DNA of 64,000 bases. Source: an uncultured virus (IMG/VR IMGVR_UViG_3300005613_005441). Taxonomy: Duplodnaviria; Heunggongvirae; Uroviricota; Caudoviricetes. Below the pieces are notes generated by a model that worked only from the letters and a program-made list of their open reading frames with translations, did not search any database and was not told where the DNA came from. Of this stretch, positions 61,840 to 64,000 are shown piece by piece (position 1 is the first letter of the stretch; each line of letters starts with the position of its first letter). The stretch lies in IMG/VR virus record IMGVR_UViG_3300005613_005441. One strand, 5' to 3'. A program made the translations under genes and the position numbers.

Positions 61840-64000
61840 TTGGTACTTTGGGGCTCGCGGTGAATGCGCGAGCGCTTTCTACACAGCACGCGGTGCCTCG
61901 TGACCGGTGAAACGGGTCCGCGGCACGGCGTGCTGTGGTGGTAACAGGGGCATGTTACGTTATCCCTGCCGACAGCGAAACACTGCCGCTTGGTCTACCA
62001 AAAATTTAAGGATACTCGATGCCCAGAGCTACCGGTCTGGGCATTGCATGGTGTCCCCTTAATGCGGGTGATTTTTCCACCTCTCTTTTCCGGTGGAAAA
62101 ATGACGGCATTAAGGCCGGGCCATTGTCCCGCAACACCTTTTCTATAGAAGGCGAAACACCTCCTTCTTGGACTATCCTTGTTATATATGCTTGACACTT
62201 TACGTAAGGAGGACCCTCTGCCGTAGGCAGCGCGGTCCCCTGGAGTGAACAAGCAACACCTCCTGACAGAGGAGGTTGTTGCTAGGCGGAGAGGCTCTTC
62301 AGGATACCTCCTGAATTGAGCTCGCTCGATGTTCAAACTCTACTCCCACCAAGCCGATGCGGCTTGTACTTTCTGTCAAACAAGTACCGGCACTTAGAGC
62401 GCGACTCACCAGTCTGGTGATTCGCTCTCGGTTTATAACCCGGACGCCTAGTGCTCCGCAAGACGTTCCTAATATTCCGGGACAACGATCTCGGATCATA
62501 TTAGGTACGGCGCCGTGGGCGCTGAGGGCGTCCGGGTGGTGTTCGTAGAACGTTTATTTTTGAACACTCGACAGTGAAACACCGTCTATCCCCCGATCAA
62601 AGGGAGATTCTGCCGGCAAATATAAGTCCGCACTTTGGTGAGTGCCGTGTCTGAGGTGAATGGAGCGGAGCTGATATCTATATATGTTAATTGTAGAGTC
62701 GACGCCGCAGTCACGCCAGGGTGTGGCGGCGTGACCAGGCGCTTGTCGACAGGACCCGACGGGGGTCCGTTCCGATTAGCTATATAGTATTAGCGACCGA
62801 CTGAATCTTGGCCGTGCAAGAGATGTTCTCGGGGTCTTTGACCTGGTCTCCATTAACCCCCGTGCCGATACGGCACGGTCGTACTACACTGGGTGCAATA
62901 CCGTTCTGCGGACGAAAAAATTATTACCAATATACTTTGCCTGAAGGAAGAAGGTTCTTCCTTTCAGGTGACTTGTACGGCAGCCGGGCGGTCGCCGACA
63001 TCGGTGTGACCGTGGCTGCGACCGCCGGCTGCCGTTAACGTCTCAGCGTCGCCGCCTTTTGGCTGTGCGGCCCCTGACGACTGCTGCCGAAACGACAGCG
63101 ATTATCTATATTGGTACTATGACTGACCCAGCTCGCGTTGGATGAGCTGGATAAAGGGAGGGTTATGACCGGAGTGACTTAAACCTTCCGTATTCCAGCT
63201 CGGAAAAGCGAGCTGGGGATGACACTTGGCTGGCTCCCATCGAAGTCTTGCACAGCTAGACTTCCTCCGGAGCCTTGCGTGTTTGCCTTCGCCGTTCATG
63301 TCCCTTTCCGCCGAAACAGCGGACAGACCTACCTAATTTTATTTGACACCTGTGATTGGCCTGGACCGAGGGTGGCTCCACGGGAACCACCGGGACCCTG
63401 CCGAAAGAAATGCACCGGACACCGATACGGCGTCTAAGGCTGTCAAAAGTGTAAGTGCTCTGATACCGTAAATACTATATAGAATCTACTTAGTAGAGTC
63501 TATATATATTTAACGCCTGATACCCAGAGCTCTGCTCTGGTGTAGCAGATCCGGAGTGTCTGGGATGTGCTCGAAGTGATGAGCATCATCGCCCAGAGTC
63601 ACATCTTCAGACACCCTTAATCTGTATGTATTAACAGGCATCCGCCGAGACAGCGGACTTATACCACTATCAGAGTTTATATGTTCTTGATACCAATAGG
63701 GCTAACGTCGCTTTCGCGACGCGGGCCCGTGTTGCCTGATACCTGGCGGGCTTTAGATCCGCCAGGTTGAAGATCGGGAGGTGGTCCCGGAGGTCGCGTC
63801 GGCGTGCTCCCAGACCACACTCTCCTGATATTTCATTGGCAGGCACCTACCGATCCGGCAGGCTTATACCACTATCAAGAAATTGTCTTTGACACCCGAG
63901 TCCCGAGACCAGGATTTGAAACGAATCGTAAGACGAGTCGTGAAGATCCTGATAGCGATCGAGTCATCGGGAAATCTACCTGATGGCTCATCTGGAATGC
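61840..64000 (-). ncRNA. Tandem array of at least 11 retron-like msr-msd ncRNA units (10 complete, the 11th cut by the window edge)
   Basis: Each complete unit reads X-C...C-revcomp(X) on the plus strand: 61840-62001 TTGGTA; 62008-62180 AAGGATA; 62192-62379 TTGACA; 62387-62616 CCGGCA; 62626-62913 GTCCGCA; 62925-63116 TACCAATATA; 63110-63337 ATTGGTA (one bulge); 63342-63447 TTTGACA; 63458-63675 CTCTGATA; 63684-63881 TTCTTGATA. An 11th left arm (TTTGACA-C) is at 63888. Confidence 0.85.

Noticed and set aside
61995..63437. Short ORFs called inside the array (e.g. 61995-62336, 62299-62499, 62808-63038)
   Set aside because: They lack convincing RBSs and protein-like composition, and they cross unit boundaries. 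The region is better explained as structured RNA.
62192..63894. TTGACA hexamers in the array as plus-strand -35 boxes
   Set aside because: None has a correctly spaced -10. Where the unit is complete, each has a reverse-complement partner closing it, so they are pairing arms.

Overview
This window looks like part of a large (jumbo-type) bacteriophage genome of roughly 50-55% GC (estimated by eye). Nearly all genes are on the minus strand. It has dense runs of small hypothetical genes, two sigma-factor-like proteins, a MoxR/VWA pair, a tmRNA, and a replication/recombination block (RuvC, RecA-like, family A DNA polymerase, primase, DnaB-like and SF2 helicases, SbcC/Rad50). Three unusual systems stand out. 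(1) A retron-type reverse transcriptase (60949-61818) lies directly downstream of a tandem array of at least 11 different retron-like msr-msd RNA units (61840 to beyond 64000). Each complete unit has its own inverted arms and an unpaired G opposite a G, and an orphan unit sits at 34474-34646. (2) A Cas7/RAMP-like gene (6386-7012) is embedded among 10 repeat units whose variable parts have a 5-nt periodicity; the whole cassette is bounded by 50-bp direct repeats. (3) An amber-codon module consists of a sigma70 promoter, a leader ORF MHY-amber-TRGPP, a Pth2-like gene with an in-frame TAG, and an abutting tRNA with anticodon CUA. All protein calls come from motif recognition by eye; no database searches were run.
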